Assembly: GCA_039621445.1 (NCBI GenBank)
Contig: CP154954.1
Coordinates: forward strand, 40,603,572-40,667,571
Source of the DNA: Euglena gracilis
Lineage: Eukaryota
Direction of reading: 5' to 3'
Length of the DNA stretch: 64,000 nucleotides
Shown here one piece after another: positions 37,438 through 49,590 of this stretch. Numbering within the stretch: position 1 is the stretch's first letter; the number at the start of each line of letters is the position of its first letter. The notes below the pieces were generated by a model. It did not search any database, was not told where the DNA came from, and was given only the letters and a program-made list of their open reading frames with translations. A program made the position numbers and the translations under genes.

Positions 37438-38227
37438 AGGCGTAACGCTGGGTTACTCGTTACGTCTCCTCGTTGTCTGTTATGCCGTTCCGTGTCCCGA
37501 CGACTATTGTTCCAAATTCGCGCCAACTGTCTCTCAGCTGTTACAGCTCACGGTTGTCCGGTGACCATCTTTCCACTGCCCTGCTGCATTGCATTAGATG
37601 TAGAACACCTCGCATTTCTGGCAAACACCTTTTATTTTTCAGTCCACGAGACACAGTGTGTGTCCCAGTCCACGGCGACACACACTGTGTCTCGTGGACT
37701 CAGTCCACGAGACACAGTGTGTGTCTTGGGCCTCAGTCCACGGATATAATGAAAAATGGCCCAAAATGGCCAAAAATGACCACTTTCTGGACCCAAACTC
37801 TCCCCCCCCCCCCCCCCCCCCCCGCGGCCGCCCGTCCCCCCCCCCCTGGGCCGTGTCCGGATGACCTTGCTTGGCCTCGGTTCGCCCTGGCCGAGCGAGG
37901 GGCTCCGTGCGGATGATTGCTATGACGATCCCGGAGGTCGTACCGACCATGGTCGGGTCGACCTAGGTCGGGCCGACCATTGGCTATGGCCTATCGACCA
38001 TTGGAGGTCGGGCCGACCAGGTCGGCCCGACCTCCAATCATCCGCATTCCCCCCCCCCCCTTTTTGAAATTTAAGCCCCCCCCCCGGACCCCCCCCGCCC
38101 AAAATAACAATATCCCCTTGTGTGTGCAAGGCAAGGGTGGACAAAACGCGCACCGTAACAAAATCCTGTTGTGTGTGCAAGGCAAGGATGGCCAAAACGC
38201 GCCCCCCAACAAACTCCCTTTGTGCTA

Positions 38228-39641
38228 CAGGTTGCCAACACAAAAAACATACCCCCCCTGACAGCACAAAAAACATACCCCCCCCCCTTTTTTTCAGTTT
38301 TTGTGGCAGCCATAACTTCGGCTGTGCACCATGTTGAGGTCTCGGACAGACTCCATATTGTTGCCTGTGAAATACCCATCCAAAAATGTCTCTGTGCATT
38401 TTCCTCGATTCCCCCTCCACCCCGAGTTATGGGCCCCTCAAAAGTGCTCCGCACACGACAAGCGAAAATTTTTGAAAAACATGGATTTTGGGCCGGGTTG
38501 GAATAATAAACAGCTCACCACTCGGGAACCCTGAGGAGTTGGGCTCTGGAACTTGGTGGGTCGGATTGGCCATGAAATAAACCCCCCCCCCCAAAATAAG
38601 ACCCCCCCCAAAAATAAGACCCCCCCCAAAAATAAGACCCCCCCTGGGCCGATCGAGCAAAAATCCAAAAATAAGACCCCCCCCCATAAATAAGACCCCC
38701 CCTGACGGCGCGAAGCGCCGGGGACGGCGAAAATTTTCCCTGAGAAACTGCCAAAAACCCAAATTTCACACACAAAAATGATGAAATTTCAAAAAATTTC
38801 AGATTCTTGAAGTGCAAAAAACATGCTAAATGTCAACTTACACAAATTTACACATGGCGCGAAGCGCCGAAGGAAAATTTTTAGTGTTTTTGGGAGCCTG
38901 AAAAATGATGTTTTTTTCGGGCCCGGGTCGGTCAAGCAAAAATCCAAAAATAAGACCCCCCCCAAAAATAAGACCCCCCCTGGAGGCTTCCAGCAACGGA
39001 CCCAAAAAATAAGACCCGGGTCTTATTTTTGGGGGGGGGGGTTAGGCTTCAAAAAATATCTACATCAAAATTTGCCATCTCGACACCCAGAAAAAGTTAT
39101 TTTATGGTTTTTGGGGCCAGCTCCAAAAAAATTTAGCCCTTTTTGTGTGGGAAAACCTAAAAAACACACATTTTTTAGGTTTTCCCACACAAAAAGGGCT
39201 AAATTTTTTTGGAGCTGGCCCCAAAAACCATAAAATAACTTTTTCTGGGTGTCGAGATGGCAAATTTTGATGTAGATATTTTTTGAAGCCTATTTCATGG
39301 CCAATCCGACCCACCAAGTTCCAGAGCTCAACTCCTTAGGGTTCCCGAGTGGTGAGCTGTTTATTATTCCAACCCGGCCCAAAATCCATGTTTCTCAAAA
39401 ATTTTCGCTTGTCGTGTGCGGAGCACTTTTGAGGGGCCCATAACTCGGGGTGGAGGGGGAATCGAGGAAAATGCACAGAGACATTTTTGGATGGGTATTT
39501 CACAGGCAACAATATGGAGTATGTCCGAGACCTCAACATGGTGCACAGCCGAAGTTATGGCTGCCACAAAAACTGGAAAAAAAAGGGGGGGTATGTTTTT
39601 TGTGCTGTCAGGGGGGGTATGTTTTTTGTGTTGGCAACCTG
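38228..39641. mobile_element. Foldback (almost fully palindromic) Tc1/mariner-type element
   Basis: TA|CAGGTTGCC...GGCAACCTG|TA; ~475-bp arms centred near 39167; left arm interrupted by a MITE. Confidence 0.88.
38580..39042. mobile_element. TA-target MITE with AAAATAAGACCCCCC subterminal repeats
   Basis: TA TSD; absent from the opposite arm of the foldback host. A related MITE is at 53716-53939. Confidence 0.88.
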
Positions 39642-39719
39642 TAACTTAGTCGGCCTACAGCCTCCTCCGGTGGGGGGCTGCCCCCCCCCCCCCCCCGGCC
39701 CCCCCCCCCGGCCAAAACA

Positions 39720-40934
39720 ACCTAACCGCATCCCTAACCCTAACCCTAATCCCCAGCCCTAACCGTATCCCTAACCATAACTCTGACCCTAGCCCTAACC
39801 CTAACCGTATCCCTAACCCTAACTCTAACCCTGACCCTAACCGTATCCCTAACCCTAAGCCTAATCCCCAGCCTTAACCGTATCCCTAACCCTAACTCTA
39901 ACCCTAGCCCTAACCCTAACCCTAACCCGAACCCTATCCGTATCCCTAACCCTAACCCTAACTACATCCCTAACCCTAACCGCATCCCCAACCCAAACTC
40001 AATCCGTATCCCTGGCCCGAACTCTAACCCTAACCGTATCCCTAACACTAACAATAACCGTAACACTAACCGTATCCCTAACCCTAACCCTAATCCCCAG
40101 CCCTAACCGTATCCCTAACCCTAACCCTAACCCTAACCCTAACCGTATCCCTAACCCTAACTCTAACCCTAACTGAAACGCTAACCGTATCCCTGATCCT
40201 AACTCTAACCATAGCCCTAACCCTAACCGTATCCCTAACACTAACCGTATCCCTAACCCTAACCCTGATCCCCGGCCCTAACCGTACCACCCCCCCCCCC
40301 TTTATTGTCCCTGGGCCCCGGCCGACGGGGGGTTTTTTTGGCCCGGCCAATGAAATTCCTTTGGTACCCCTTTATTGTCCCCCCCCCTTTATTGTCCGGT
40401 CGGGCCTCCAGGGGGCAGGTCGGTGGGACAATAAAGGGGGGGGGGTGGTATCCCTAACCCTAACCCTAACCGTATCCCTAACCCTAACTCTGACCCTAAC
40501 TGAAACCCTGACCGTATCCCTGACCCTAACTCTAACCCTAGCCCTAACCGTATCCCTAACCCTAACCCTAACCCTAGCCCTAACCCTATCCGTATCCCTA
40601 ACCCAACCCTAACTGCATCCCTAACCCTAACCGTATCCCTAACCCAAACTCAATCCGTATCCCTGGCCCGAACTCTAACCCTAACCGTATCCCTGACACT
40701 AACAATAACCGTAACACCAACCGTATCCCTAACCCTAACCCTAATCCCCAGCCCTGATCGTATCCCTAACCCTAACCCTAACCCTATCCCTAACCCTAAC
40801 CGTATCCCGAACCCTAACTCTAACCCTAACCGAAACCCTAACCGTATCCCTAACCCTAACTCTAACCCTAGCCCTAACTCTAACCCTAGCCCTAACCCTA
40901 ACCCTAACCCGAACCCTATCCGTATCCCTAACCC
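39720..40934. repeat. Interstitial degenerate telomere-like array (CCCTAA)n with CCGTAT variants; resumes at 43733-43795
   Basis: Many CCCTAA units with higher-order duplication, split by MITE and hAT insertions. Confidence 0.95.
40287..40448. mobile_element. TA-target MITE (poly-C TTTATTGTCCC termini)
   Basis: TA TSD within CCGTA|TCCC; further copies at 44016-44197 and 44684-44852. Confidence 0.9.
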
Positions 40935-41357
40935 CAAGGTTCGGCAAATTTCGAAATTTTAGGAATTTTTCATTTCAATTGAAAAATTCGAAAAATTCGA
41001 ATTTTTCGAAAATTTCAAAAATCGCGGAACGCGAACCTGGGTATTCCTATTCATCGGAATTATTGCTTGGCGGAAGAGACTTGCATTTTGTTGACTGTGC
41101 AGACAACTCTAAGATGCCAGCCGGATGCAGGAGCACATGGTGAATTTTTGCAATTCTTTTCAGTGAATTTATATTTTTCTCTCTTGCAGGTCTCAGGGGC
41201 AAGAAATTACTGAAGTTTATCACGCTTGAAATGAACTTACTGGAAGGAGGTTTGGTAATCTGGACCTGAGCATGTCCCTGCTAAACTGCTCCGTTTGTTT
41301 GACGGCCAACAACGTGTGTGATTTCTGGTTCCTGTTGCTGTTCCTGTTTGCTTTCTA

Positions 41358-42825
41358 TACACAAATTGTGGCTGAGCCCAGATTTCAGCCTGAAAACGTG
41401 TTCAGCCAGGGGCCCCCGAAGGGGGCCCCTGAACACGTTTTCAGGCTGAAATCTGGGCTCAGCCACAATTTGTTTAAAAACGTTTTCAGAGCCCGCCAAA
41501 TGCCTGCCCTGAAATTCGTGGTCATGATTCACGCAAGGGGTCAAAAACGGCAATTTGTGAAATTCGGACCCAAAAAACGGCGCCCTCACTGAAAGCGTGC
41601 CTGAACCCGGATGCCTTCACTGAAAACGTGTCATTGACACAAATGCCCTCACTGAAAACGTGCCTGAACCCGGATGCCTTCACTGAAAACGTGTCATTGC
41701 CACAAATGCCCTCACTGAAAACGTGTCACCCCCCCCCTTTTTTTCTTTTTTTCTTTATTCCCGCAGCCCTGCCAATATGGCCAAACGCACGGCAAACTTT
41801 GTGAATGGTCTTTTGCCACCTCCCCCTAGGACGGACCCCCTTCATGGCACCTTGCTGGCACAGGGCAACACAAAGAAAAAGTCCGGCTCCGTAGGTGCAG
41901 AGCTTGCTGCTGTTGCCAACTGTTTGGAGTTCGCCAAACTGTGTCAACATCGGCAAGCCTGTTAACCTGAGCTGGATGCTTTCTTTGTTGCCTGGACGGG
42001 ATGGGAGCTGGAACCCAGCCTGTTGTTCGATGAGGCGAGCGTCATCGAACAGTGTGTGGTTCCCTGACCAACCCCCTGTGCCTCGTGCTGTGTCCCGACT
42101 GCCAATAAAACACGAGAAATGTGGTTTTTGTGGTGTTGCCATTCCCAAAAATCCAAATTGTGTGGAGCTGAACAAAGTTGTCTGTGACGCCAAACAAACA
42201 AAGTTGTCTGTGAACAAAGTTGTCTGTGATTGGCATATCATTTTCATTGCCAAGATTTGGCAAAAGAGCCAAAATATGGCTCTTTTGTGTCAAGAAACTG
42301 TGTTCGGGCCAAGACTTAGGGGGAGCCCAGGGGCGGGGACCGCGGCACCGAAGGCGCCGCGGTCGCCCCTGGGCCCCCCTAAAACCTTGGCCCAAAACAC
42401 TGTTCTTGTTTGAAACCGTGTTTTGGGAGAAGATTTAAGACTTTTAAAGTCTCGAAATCGGCCCAAACACGGTTTCTTTGTGTAAAGCGTGTCGTGTGCC
42501 GTGATGTCCGCCACTCTGTTTCGTTGTGCTCCAAGGCAACATAGCCTTCTGTTGTGTTGTAGAGTGCCCCCGACACGCCGATTTTTCATGATACTGTTTT
42601 TGGCTTTTTACTCAGGGTTGCCACAGATGCCCTCACTGAAAACGTGCCTGAACCCGGATGCCTTCACTGAAAACGTGTCATTGACACAAATGCCCTCATT
42701 GAAAACGTGCCTGAACCCAGATGCCTTCACTGAAAACGTGTCATTGCCACAAATGCCCTCATTGAAAACGTGTTCATGACCACGAATTTCAGGGCAGGCA
42801 TTTGGCGGGCTGAACACGTTTTTTA
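41358..42825 (+). mobile_element. Hairpin+IR tyrosine-recombinase element family C
   Basis: Hairpin 41361-41473 with CGAAG loop; IR 41475-41533 versus 42768-42825; CTGAAAACGTG-containing tandem repeats at 41583-41726 and 42628-42771. Confidence 0.85.
41777..42235 (+). pseudogene. Diverged remnant of the YR-PHD gene
   Basis: MAKRTANFVNGLLPPPPRTDPLHGTLLA...LEF...LDAFFVAWTGWELEPSLLFDEA aligns with copies A/B; ends in CGFC...ELNKVVCDA (PHD relic); contains stops and a deletion. Confidence 0.8.
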
Positions 42826-42835
42826 TGGCAAAGAA

Positions 42836-43055
42836 CTGGCCAGTTTTGGGCCAAATGTGGTGGCCAGTTTTGGCCACAGTTTTGGGCAGAAGTGCTGGCC
42901 AGTTTTGGGCCACATGCTGGCCAGCTTTGGGCCACAGTTTTGGGCAGAAGTGCTGGCCAGTTTTGGGCCACATGCTGGCCAGTTTTTTTGGCCAGATGTG
43001 GTGGCCAGTTTTGGGCCACACGTGCTGGCCACTTTTGTGCAGAAGTGCTGGCAGA
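42836..43055. repeat. GGCCAGTTTTGGGCCACA minisatellite
   Basis: Reverse-complement array at 60483-60778. Confidence 0.88.
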
Positions 43056-44857
43056 AGGGGCAGAAGGGGGTTTTGGCTTCCACCGCGGGAAAAAATTTGA
43101 ACGCCAAAAAAATTCATTGGGAAAATATTGGCGACGGAAATCCTGCCAAATTTTCCGGCTTTGAAAATCCTGCCTCAAAAATTTCAAAATCACCCTTTTT
43201 CCATTCGTCTTGCAAGCAAAACCTGCCAATTCTTTCTGGGCTGTTTTCAGGTTTGGCACCAATTTTTTTCGGCTTCCAATTGTCTAGCTTCAATCCCCCC
43301 CCCCCCCGGTACGAGGTGGGGTGGCCTGGGGGGGGGCCTCTACGGGTGGGGTGGTCTGGGGGGGGGGGTTGGTTTTTTGTCCATTTTATCGGGAGGGTTC
43401 TGCGGAGTGGCGGTGGACTTCTGCAACTTCGGGGCCATGGCTGGGCGGCCGGAAAAAAAAAACTCCCCCTTTGGAGGGAGTCACGAGCGGGATTTGCCGC
43501 AAAAGCAGGTAAAATTATCTGAAGTACTTCTCGAGAAGGTGTTTTTTCTGTCTGCCAGTGCCTTGGAAATGCCGTCACCGTGGGGAAAGACTTTGGCCAG
43601 TGGGAGAAAAACATATTCCCTATGCAGTGCTTCACCTTGCGGAAATTTTGGAAATTTTCCTCACGAAAAATTCGAATCATTCAACTTTGAAAAATTCGAA
43701 TTATTCGAAACGGAAAAAAAAGCCGAACCCTGCCTAACCCTAACCCTAACTGTATCCCTAACCCTAACCATAACTGTATCCCTGACCCTAACTTTAATCG
43801 AATTTTTTCAAAAAATGGGACGTTTTTTTGCCAGTTTGGAGGTCATTCCAATGTGTTTTAAATCATTTTCAGCTAAATTAAGAGAATCAAATTTTGAGGG
43901 GGGGGGGCTTAAATTTCAAAAAAAGGGGGGGGGGTAATGCGGTTGATTGGAGGTCGGGCCGACCTGGTCGGCCCAACCTCCAGTGGTCGATAACGGCCAG
44001 GTCGGGCCGACCATACCGCCCCCCCCCCCCTTTATTGTCCCCCTCCTTTATTATTGTTCCTGGGCCCCGGCCGACGAGGGGTTTTTTTGGCCCGGCCAAT
44101 GAAATTCCTTTGGTACCCCTTTATTGTCCCCCCCCCCTTTATTGTCCGGTCGGGCCTCCCGGGGGCAGGTCGGTGGGACAATAAAGGGGGGGGGGGGTAG
44201 GTCGTACCGACCATGGTCGGTACGACCTCCGGGATCGTCATAGCCAATCATCCGCCCGGGGCCCGAGCGAGGGTTCCTGGCGTGGAACGGGGGTGCTACG
44301 CACAGCCACCTGAACCCCATCGCCTGAACCACCACCCCCGCAGCTCTGGCTCAACCCTCGAAGCCCCCGGCCGCTGTGGGCCCACCCGCGGCTCCCGGCC
44401 CCCTCAGCCCCCCGACCCCCGCGGTGCCCAGCCTCCACTGATTAACGTTAACCAATCTACCATGCCCCCCCCCTTTATGTACCTCCCCCTGGGAGAGGCC
44501 GAAATTGGGGGGGAGGTACACAATGGGGGGGGTACACAATGGGGGGGGGAGGTAGACAATGGGGCGGGACATGCTGCGGATGGCCGGGCGAGGTGCTTTC
44601 CTCATGGGAGAAGGTGCATGAGCCCCCCCCCCCCCCCTCGTTGTGCACCTCCCCCCCAGGGGGTACACAATGGGGGGGCGGTACCCCCCCCCTTCATTGT
44701 CCCCCCCCCTTTATTGTCCCTGGGCCCCGGCCGACGGGGGGTTTTCTTGGCCCGGCCAATGAAATTCCTTTGGTACCCCTTTATTGTCCCCCCCCTTTAT
44801 TGTCCGGTTGGGCCTCCCGGGGGCAGGTCGGTGGGACAATAAAGGGGGGGGGTACAT

Positions 44858-46761
44858 TACACAAAAATCGTCCATGTCACCCGGACACACCGTGTGTCCG
44901 GGTTACAATGGACGATTTTTGTCTATATCCGTTGACTAAGAGGCCCAAGACACACACTGTGTCTCGTGGAACTTAGCCACGCAATGTCTACCCCGTATTT
45001 TTTTGCAATTTTTTTGTCAAATTTTCAGTTCACGAGGACACACACTGTGTCTCGTGGACTGCCAGTCCACGAGACACAGTGTGTGTCCTCGTGAACTGAA
45101 AAAAATCAAGAATTCCCACTGGTCCGACCAACAAGTGCCCCCCAATAACTTGGCCTTTCGGCAACTTTTGGCTTAGAGCATAAAGGTTTCTCGTGGACAA
45201 GTTTTACCACATTCCACTACCTGTCCTTGCAGTTTTTTCTTTCGGAAAATGAAGAAGACCGCAAACAGTGTGGACCGCATGCTCCCCCGACCCCCGAAAC
45301 CAGATGAATTTGTTGCCACACTGGAAAAGTATTTGGTCGATTTGCAGAAGGGCCCTGCTGTTGACCCAATACACGGTACGTTGTTGGCCAACGTGTTGGA
45401 GGAGAAGCCAAAAGGGACCGCAAAGGCTGAGCGTGTAGCTGTTACACGCCTGTTGGAGTTCCAGCAGATGTGTAAACATCTGAACGCTCAGTATGAGGAC
45501 CTGGATGGCTTTTTTTCCGCATGGGCTGGTTGGGTTTGACCCCAGATATTTGTTCGATGAGGCTACCCTCATCAATCAAGCTGAGCAACAACGCCGGGCA
45601 CAGTGTGGCACCACATTCAAATTCGAGACATACCTGCCTTCTACTGTCCGAGGTCATTTCAACTCTCTCGCACGGGTGTTCACATCTGTTGACCCGGACG
45701 GCACTCTGGTTCCATCTTCCAAAAAACAGTTTCCGCAACTGAACCGCCTCATGACGTCGGCTCTGACGCGAGAGAGTTCCCGGAAAGCTGTGGGTACGTG
45801 CCCACCCACCTGTGGAAGTTCTTCAGGACGAGGAACTTCCTACCGTGCTGGCTTCCGTGGATTGGCGCAAGCCTTTTGAGAGCCAACGTGCAAACATCCT
45901 CATTTTGGCGTACAGCACGGGGTACCGAAGTGAGGTTTTGAGGCGGTTGGAAGTGGGCTCTTTTGTGGAAACGCGGACCGAAGATGGAAAATGAATGCTC
46001 CAATGCAGCGTTGGGACCATGAAGAATCACTCTTCAACGTTGGAGACCACTGATGTCGCCGTCCTTCAGCAATTGATTGTTGAAGGGTCGGACCCTGCAA
46101 CGTGTCCCATCAGAGCATTCGACAGGCAGGTTGCCTTGGTTTCCGCCTCGCCACCCGGCCTCCGTGGAAATTGGCTCTTCCGTTCGTGCAAGCCCCTGGC
46201 GAGGACGTTGTCTGAACCTCAGACAACGGATGAGACCTTCAGAGGTCACCGTTCCTTTGAACCCACCCTGTCGTGAGCTAAATGCTGTGGTCTGTGATGC
46301 GTGTGGGCTGTCATACCACTGGAAGTGTGCTAACCTGGTGCGTCCCCCAAAGCATGGGTCCTGGATTTGTGAGTCGTGTGTTGGTCAGTAAGGCGTAACG
46401 CTGGGCTCCTCGTTACATCTCGTTGTCTGTTATGCCGTTCCGTGTCCCGACGACCATTGTTCCAAATTCGCGCCAACTGTCTCTCAGCTGTTACAGCTCA
46501 CGGTTGTCCGGTGACCAGCTTTCCACTGCCCTGCTGCATTGCATTAGATGTAGAACACCTCGCATTTCTGGCAAACACCTTTTATTTTTCAGTCCACGAG
46601 ACACAGTGTGTGTCCCAGTCCACGGGGACACACACTGTGTCTCGTGGACTGCCAGTCCACGAGACACAGTGTGTGTCCCAGTCCACGGGGACACACACTG
46701 TGTCTCGTGGACTCAGTCCACGAGACACAGTGTGTGTCTTGGGCCTCAGTCCACGGATATA
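44858..46761 (+). mobile_element. Hairpin+IR tyrosine-recombinase element, copy B
   Basis: Hairpin 44861-44922; IR from 44924 versus the end at 46761; GTCCACGAGACACAGTGTGTGTC repeats in both orientations. It interrupts the right TIR of a CCATGCCCCCC MITE (44460-46778). Confidence 0.9.
45249..46391 (+). pseudogene. Crypton-type tyrosine recombinase with C-terminal PHD finger, disrupted
   Basis: YLPSTVRGHFNSLARVF; ILAYSTGYRSEVLRRL (catalytic Arg); TMKNH (Lys); TCPIRAF; WLFR; CDACGLSYHWKC...WICESC. Has frameshifts and a stop, and no HxxR/Tyr segment was found. Confidence 0.85.
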
Positions 46762-47167
46762 ATGGGGGGGGGGCATGGTAGGCTGCACAGGGGAGGAGGA
46801 AGAGGTTGAAGTCCTCAATCTCTGTGTCAATCACCTCAACGTCCACCTCCACCCCAACCCCCCCCTTAATTTCAGCACACCCACGGGCCAAAAGGACGTG
46901 GCAGACTTTTTCAAGTAACCGGCGCAAAGCACCAGAATTTTTCCCCCATTTTTCCCCCAAAAACGGGCATTTTTGGCCATTTTTGGGAATTTTTGGAACA
47001 AAATCAGCCAAAAACCTATCAAAAACCTCATTTCCGCCTCGGCGAGCAGCGCCGGAGGAAAATTTTTTTTCCAGTTGGGGGACCCCCACCCCCCCGGGGG
47101 GAGGGGGCGGTCCAGCTAGTCCATTTTTTCCAGTGTCTAGCCGATTGGCTAGCCAGTACCCCGGGGT

Positions 47168-47935
47168 CAGGGTTCGATATAGGGGGTGGTTCGGGACGCG
47201 GGGGGGGGGGGACGCGGGGGGGACGCAGGGGGGAACTGTGGCCCAACTGCCCCCACACGTTTTCTTTGGCGTCACCCAAATTTGTGTGTAATTTTCTTTT
47301 GGTCGACCAAAAAACGTGCCTGGCCAATTTCCGGGACGCGGGGGGGATGCGGGGGGAACAATAAGGAGGGGGGGGGGGGTCCGGACCCCCCCCCTGCGGG
47401 CCAGGAGGGGGGGGGGGGGGAGGGGACACCCCCCCCACCTGAAACCGTGTTTTGGGCGAAGATTTAAGACCTTTAAAGTCTCGAAATCGGCCCAAACACG
47501 GTTTCAGGTGTTTCAGGTGTTTCAAGGCCAAGGTTTTAGGGGGGCCCAGGGGCGACCACGGCGCCTTCGGCGCCGCGGTCCCCGCCCCTGGGCTCCCCCT
47601 AACTCTTGGCCCAAACACAGTCCTTGACACAAAACAGGTGCGCGGTCAGGGTGGCCGAAAATTTTTGACCCCCCAAAACGACCAAAAGTGCCATTTTGGG
47701 CACTTTTTGGGGAAAAATGTGCCAAAAATGCAAAAAAAAATTTCGGCGCGAAGCGTCGGAGGAAAAAAATTGACCATTTTTGGGGGGGTCCCGGGTGCCC
47801 CCCCGAGGGTCGGTCCGGACCCCCCTTGCAGGTGGGGGGGGGGGGGGGTCCGGACCCCCCCTGCGGGCCAGGAGGGGGGGGGTTGGGGGACACCCCTAAA
47901 CCATGTACGCCCTCCTTATCTTATATCGAACCCTG
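47168..47935 (+). mobile_element. hAT-type MITE family 2 nested in an inverted family-1 copy (~46.92-47.96 kb)
   Basis: TIR CAGGGTTCGATATA / TATATCGAACCCTG; perfect 8-bp TSD CCCGGGGT. Confidence 0.9.
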
Positions 47936-48835
47936 CCCGGGGTCCTTAAGCAAAAGCCTGTACCCGATGCTAGGCCAAGAGCCCCCCCCCCCCCCCCGGG
48001 AGTGGGGTGGGCCCGAAAATGAAATAGTGGCTGGCCTGGCGCTGAAGTAGTTATTTTTGAGAGGACCCATGTTCATCGTCCAAATTGCAATTGGGAGGTC
48101 ATTTAGGGCGAGGTTACATTTTGCGGAGGTACATGACGGGGGTTGCAAGAAACAGGGGAGTATGGGCATTCTTTTCTTGGGGTGAAGTGGGGAGTTCAGC
48201 ATCGGGGACACACTGTTGGTGGGGGCACTTTGGCCTTTTCTTTGAATGTGAAGCTGAATGTGAAGCTGATCCAGGGTTCGATATAAGGACAGGTGGGGGG
48301 GGGTGGTCCGGACCCCCCCCCCCTGCGGGCCAGGAGGGGGGGGGGGGGGGGGGGCCGCCCCCCCCACCTAAACAGGTGCGCGGTCAGGGTGGCCGAAAAT
48401 TTTTGACCCCCCAAAACGACCAAAAGTGCCATTTTGGGCACTTTTTGGGCAAAAAATGTGCCAAAAATGCAAAAAAAAAATTCGGCGCGAAGCGCCGGAG
48501 GAAAAAATTGACCCTTTTGGGGGGGTCTCGGGAACCCCCCGAGGGTCGGTCCGGACCCCCCTGGCAGGTGGGGGGGGGGTGGTCCGGACCCCCCCCTGCG
48601 GGCCAGGAGGGGGGGGGGTGGGGGGTACACCCCCCCACCTAGAAACCGTGTTTGCCCAAACACGGTTTCAGGACCATACCATTGCTTAACACCTGTCCCG
48701 CCCCCCCCCCCAGAAACAGGGGAGTATGGGCATTCTTTTCTTGGGGTGAAGTGGGGAGTTCAGCATCGGGGACACACTGTTGGTGGGGGCACTTTGGCCT
48801 TTTCTTTGAATGTGAAGCTGAATGTGAAGCTGATC

Positions 48836-49590
48836 CAGGGTTCGATATAAGGACAGGTGGGGGGGGTGGTCCGGACCATACAATTGCTTACCGACCCCCG
48901 GGGGGGGGAGGGGGGGTCACTCCACTTTTTAAAAAACCAGTCAGTCACTTTTTTTTGGGAAGCCAGTCAGTCTCTAACCCCCCCCCCGGGGGGGGAGGGT
49001 CGGCCACTCAGGAAAACGGCCACTTTCCAGTCACTTTAGGCCATTTTAGGCCAAAAAATTTTTTCCGGCGCCTTCGGCGCCGGGGTCACTCAAGCCACTT
49101 TTGCCCACTCCTGGCCGACCCCCCCCCCGGGGGGGGGAGGGGGTCCGGGCCCAAAACCAGTCAGTCACTCTGAAAAAACCAGTCACCCACCCCCCCCGGG
49201 GGGGGGGGGGGGGACAGTGCTTAAGCAATTGTCTGGTCCGGACCCCCCCCCCTGCGGGCCAGGAGGGGGGGGGGGGTGGGGGGGACACCCCCCCCACCTA
49301 AACAGGTGCGCGGTCAGGGTGGCCGAAAATTTTTGACCCCCCAAAACGACCAAAAGTGCCATTTTGGGCACTTTTTGGGCAAAAATGTGCCAAAAATGCA
49401 AAAAAATTTCGGCGCAAAGCGCCGGAGGAAAAAATTGACCCTTTTCGGGGCCCCCCCGAGGGTCGGTCCGGACCCCACTGGCAGGTGGGGGGGTGGTCCG
49501 GACCCCCCCTGCGGGCCAGGAGGGGGGGGGGGGTGGGGGGGACACCCCCCCCCACCTAAACCATGTACGCCCTCCTTATATCAAACCCTG
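48836..49590 (+). mobile_element. hAT-type MITE family 2
   Basis: Same TIR; TSD AGCTGATC. The left flank plus left half are duplicated at 48148-48640. Confidence 0.88.

Larger units (their letters stand above)
36369..37748 (+). mobile_element. Hairpin+IR tyrosine-recombinase element, copy A (internally deleted)
   Basis: Hairpin 36372-36481; IR TATATCCGTTGACTAAGAGGCCCAAGACACACACTGTGTCTCGTGGA versus the end ...GGGCCTCAGTCCACGGATATA; near-identical to 44858-46761. Confidence 0.9.
40935..43732. mobile_element. hAT-type element inserted in the telomere-like array
   Basis: CAAGGTTCGGC...GCCGAACCCTG; perfect 8-bp TSD CCTAACCC. Contains TTCGAA-rich ends, small exon-like relics at 41.1-41.25 kb and GGCCAGTTTTGGGCCACA repeats. 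Confidence 0.88.
37901..44263. mobile_element. Mutator-like non-autonomous element hosting multiple nested insertions
   Basis: Long TIR GGCTCCGTGCGGATGATTG..ATGACGATCCCGGAGGTCGTACCGACCATGG; 9-bp TSD CGAGCGAGG (37892-37900, 44264-44272). A related end is at ~34.45-34.72 kb. Confidence 0.85.

Noticed and set aside
39720-40934. True chromosome end
   Set aside because: Degenerate, internal, and flanked on both sides by parts of one TIR element.
41583-42771. CTGAAAACGTG repeat blocks as CRISPR or LTRs
   Set aside because: The intervening sequences themselves repeat, and the blocks lie inside the IRs of family C.
42770-43937. ORFs through minisatellites and MITEs (also 39999-40947, 60229-60937 and most short ORFs in the track)
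   Set aside because: Repetitive or low-complexity translations of non-coding repeats.
48148-48640. Flank capture by a composite hAT element
   Set aside because: More simply a local tandem duplication of the flank plus the left half of the 48836-49590 MITE.
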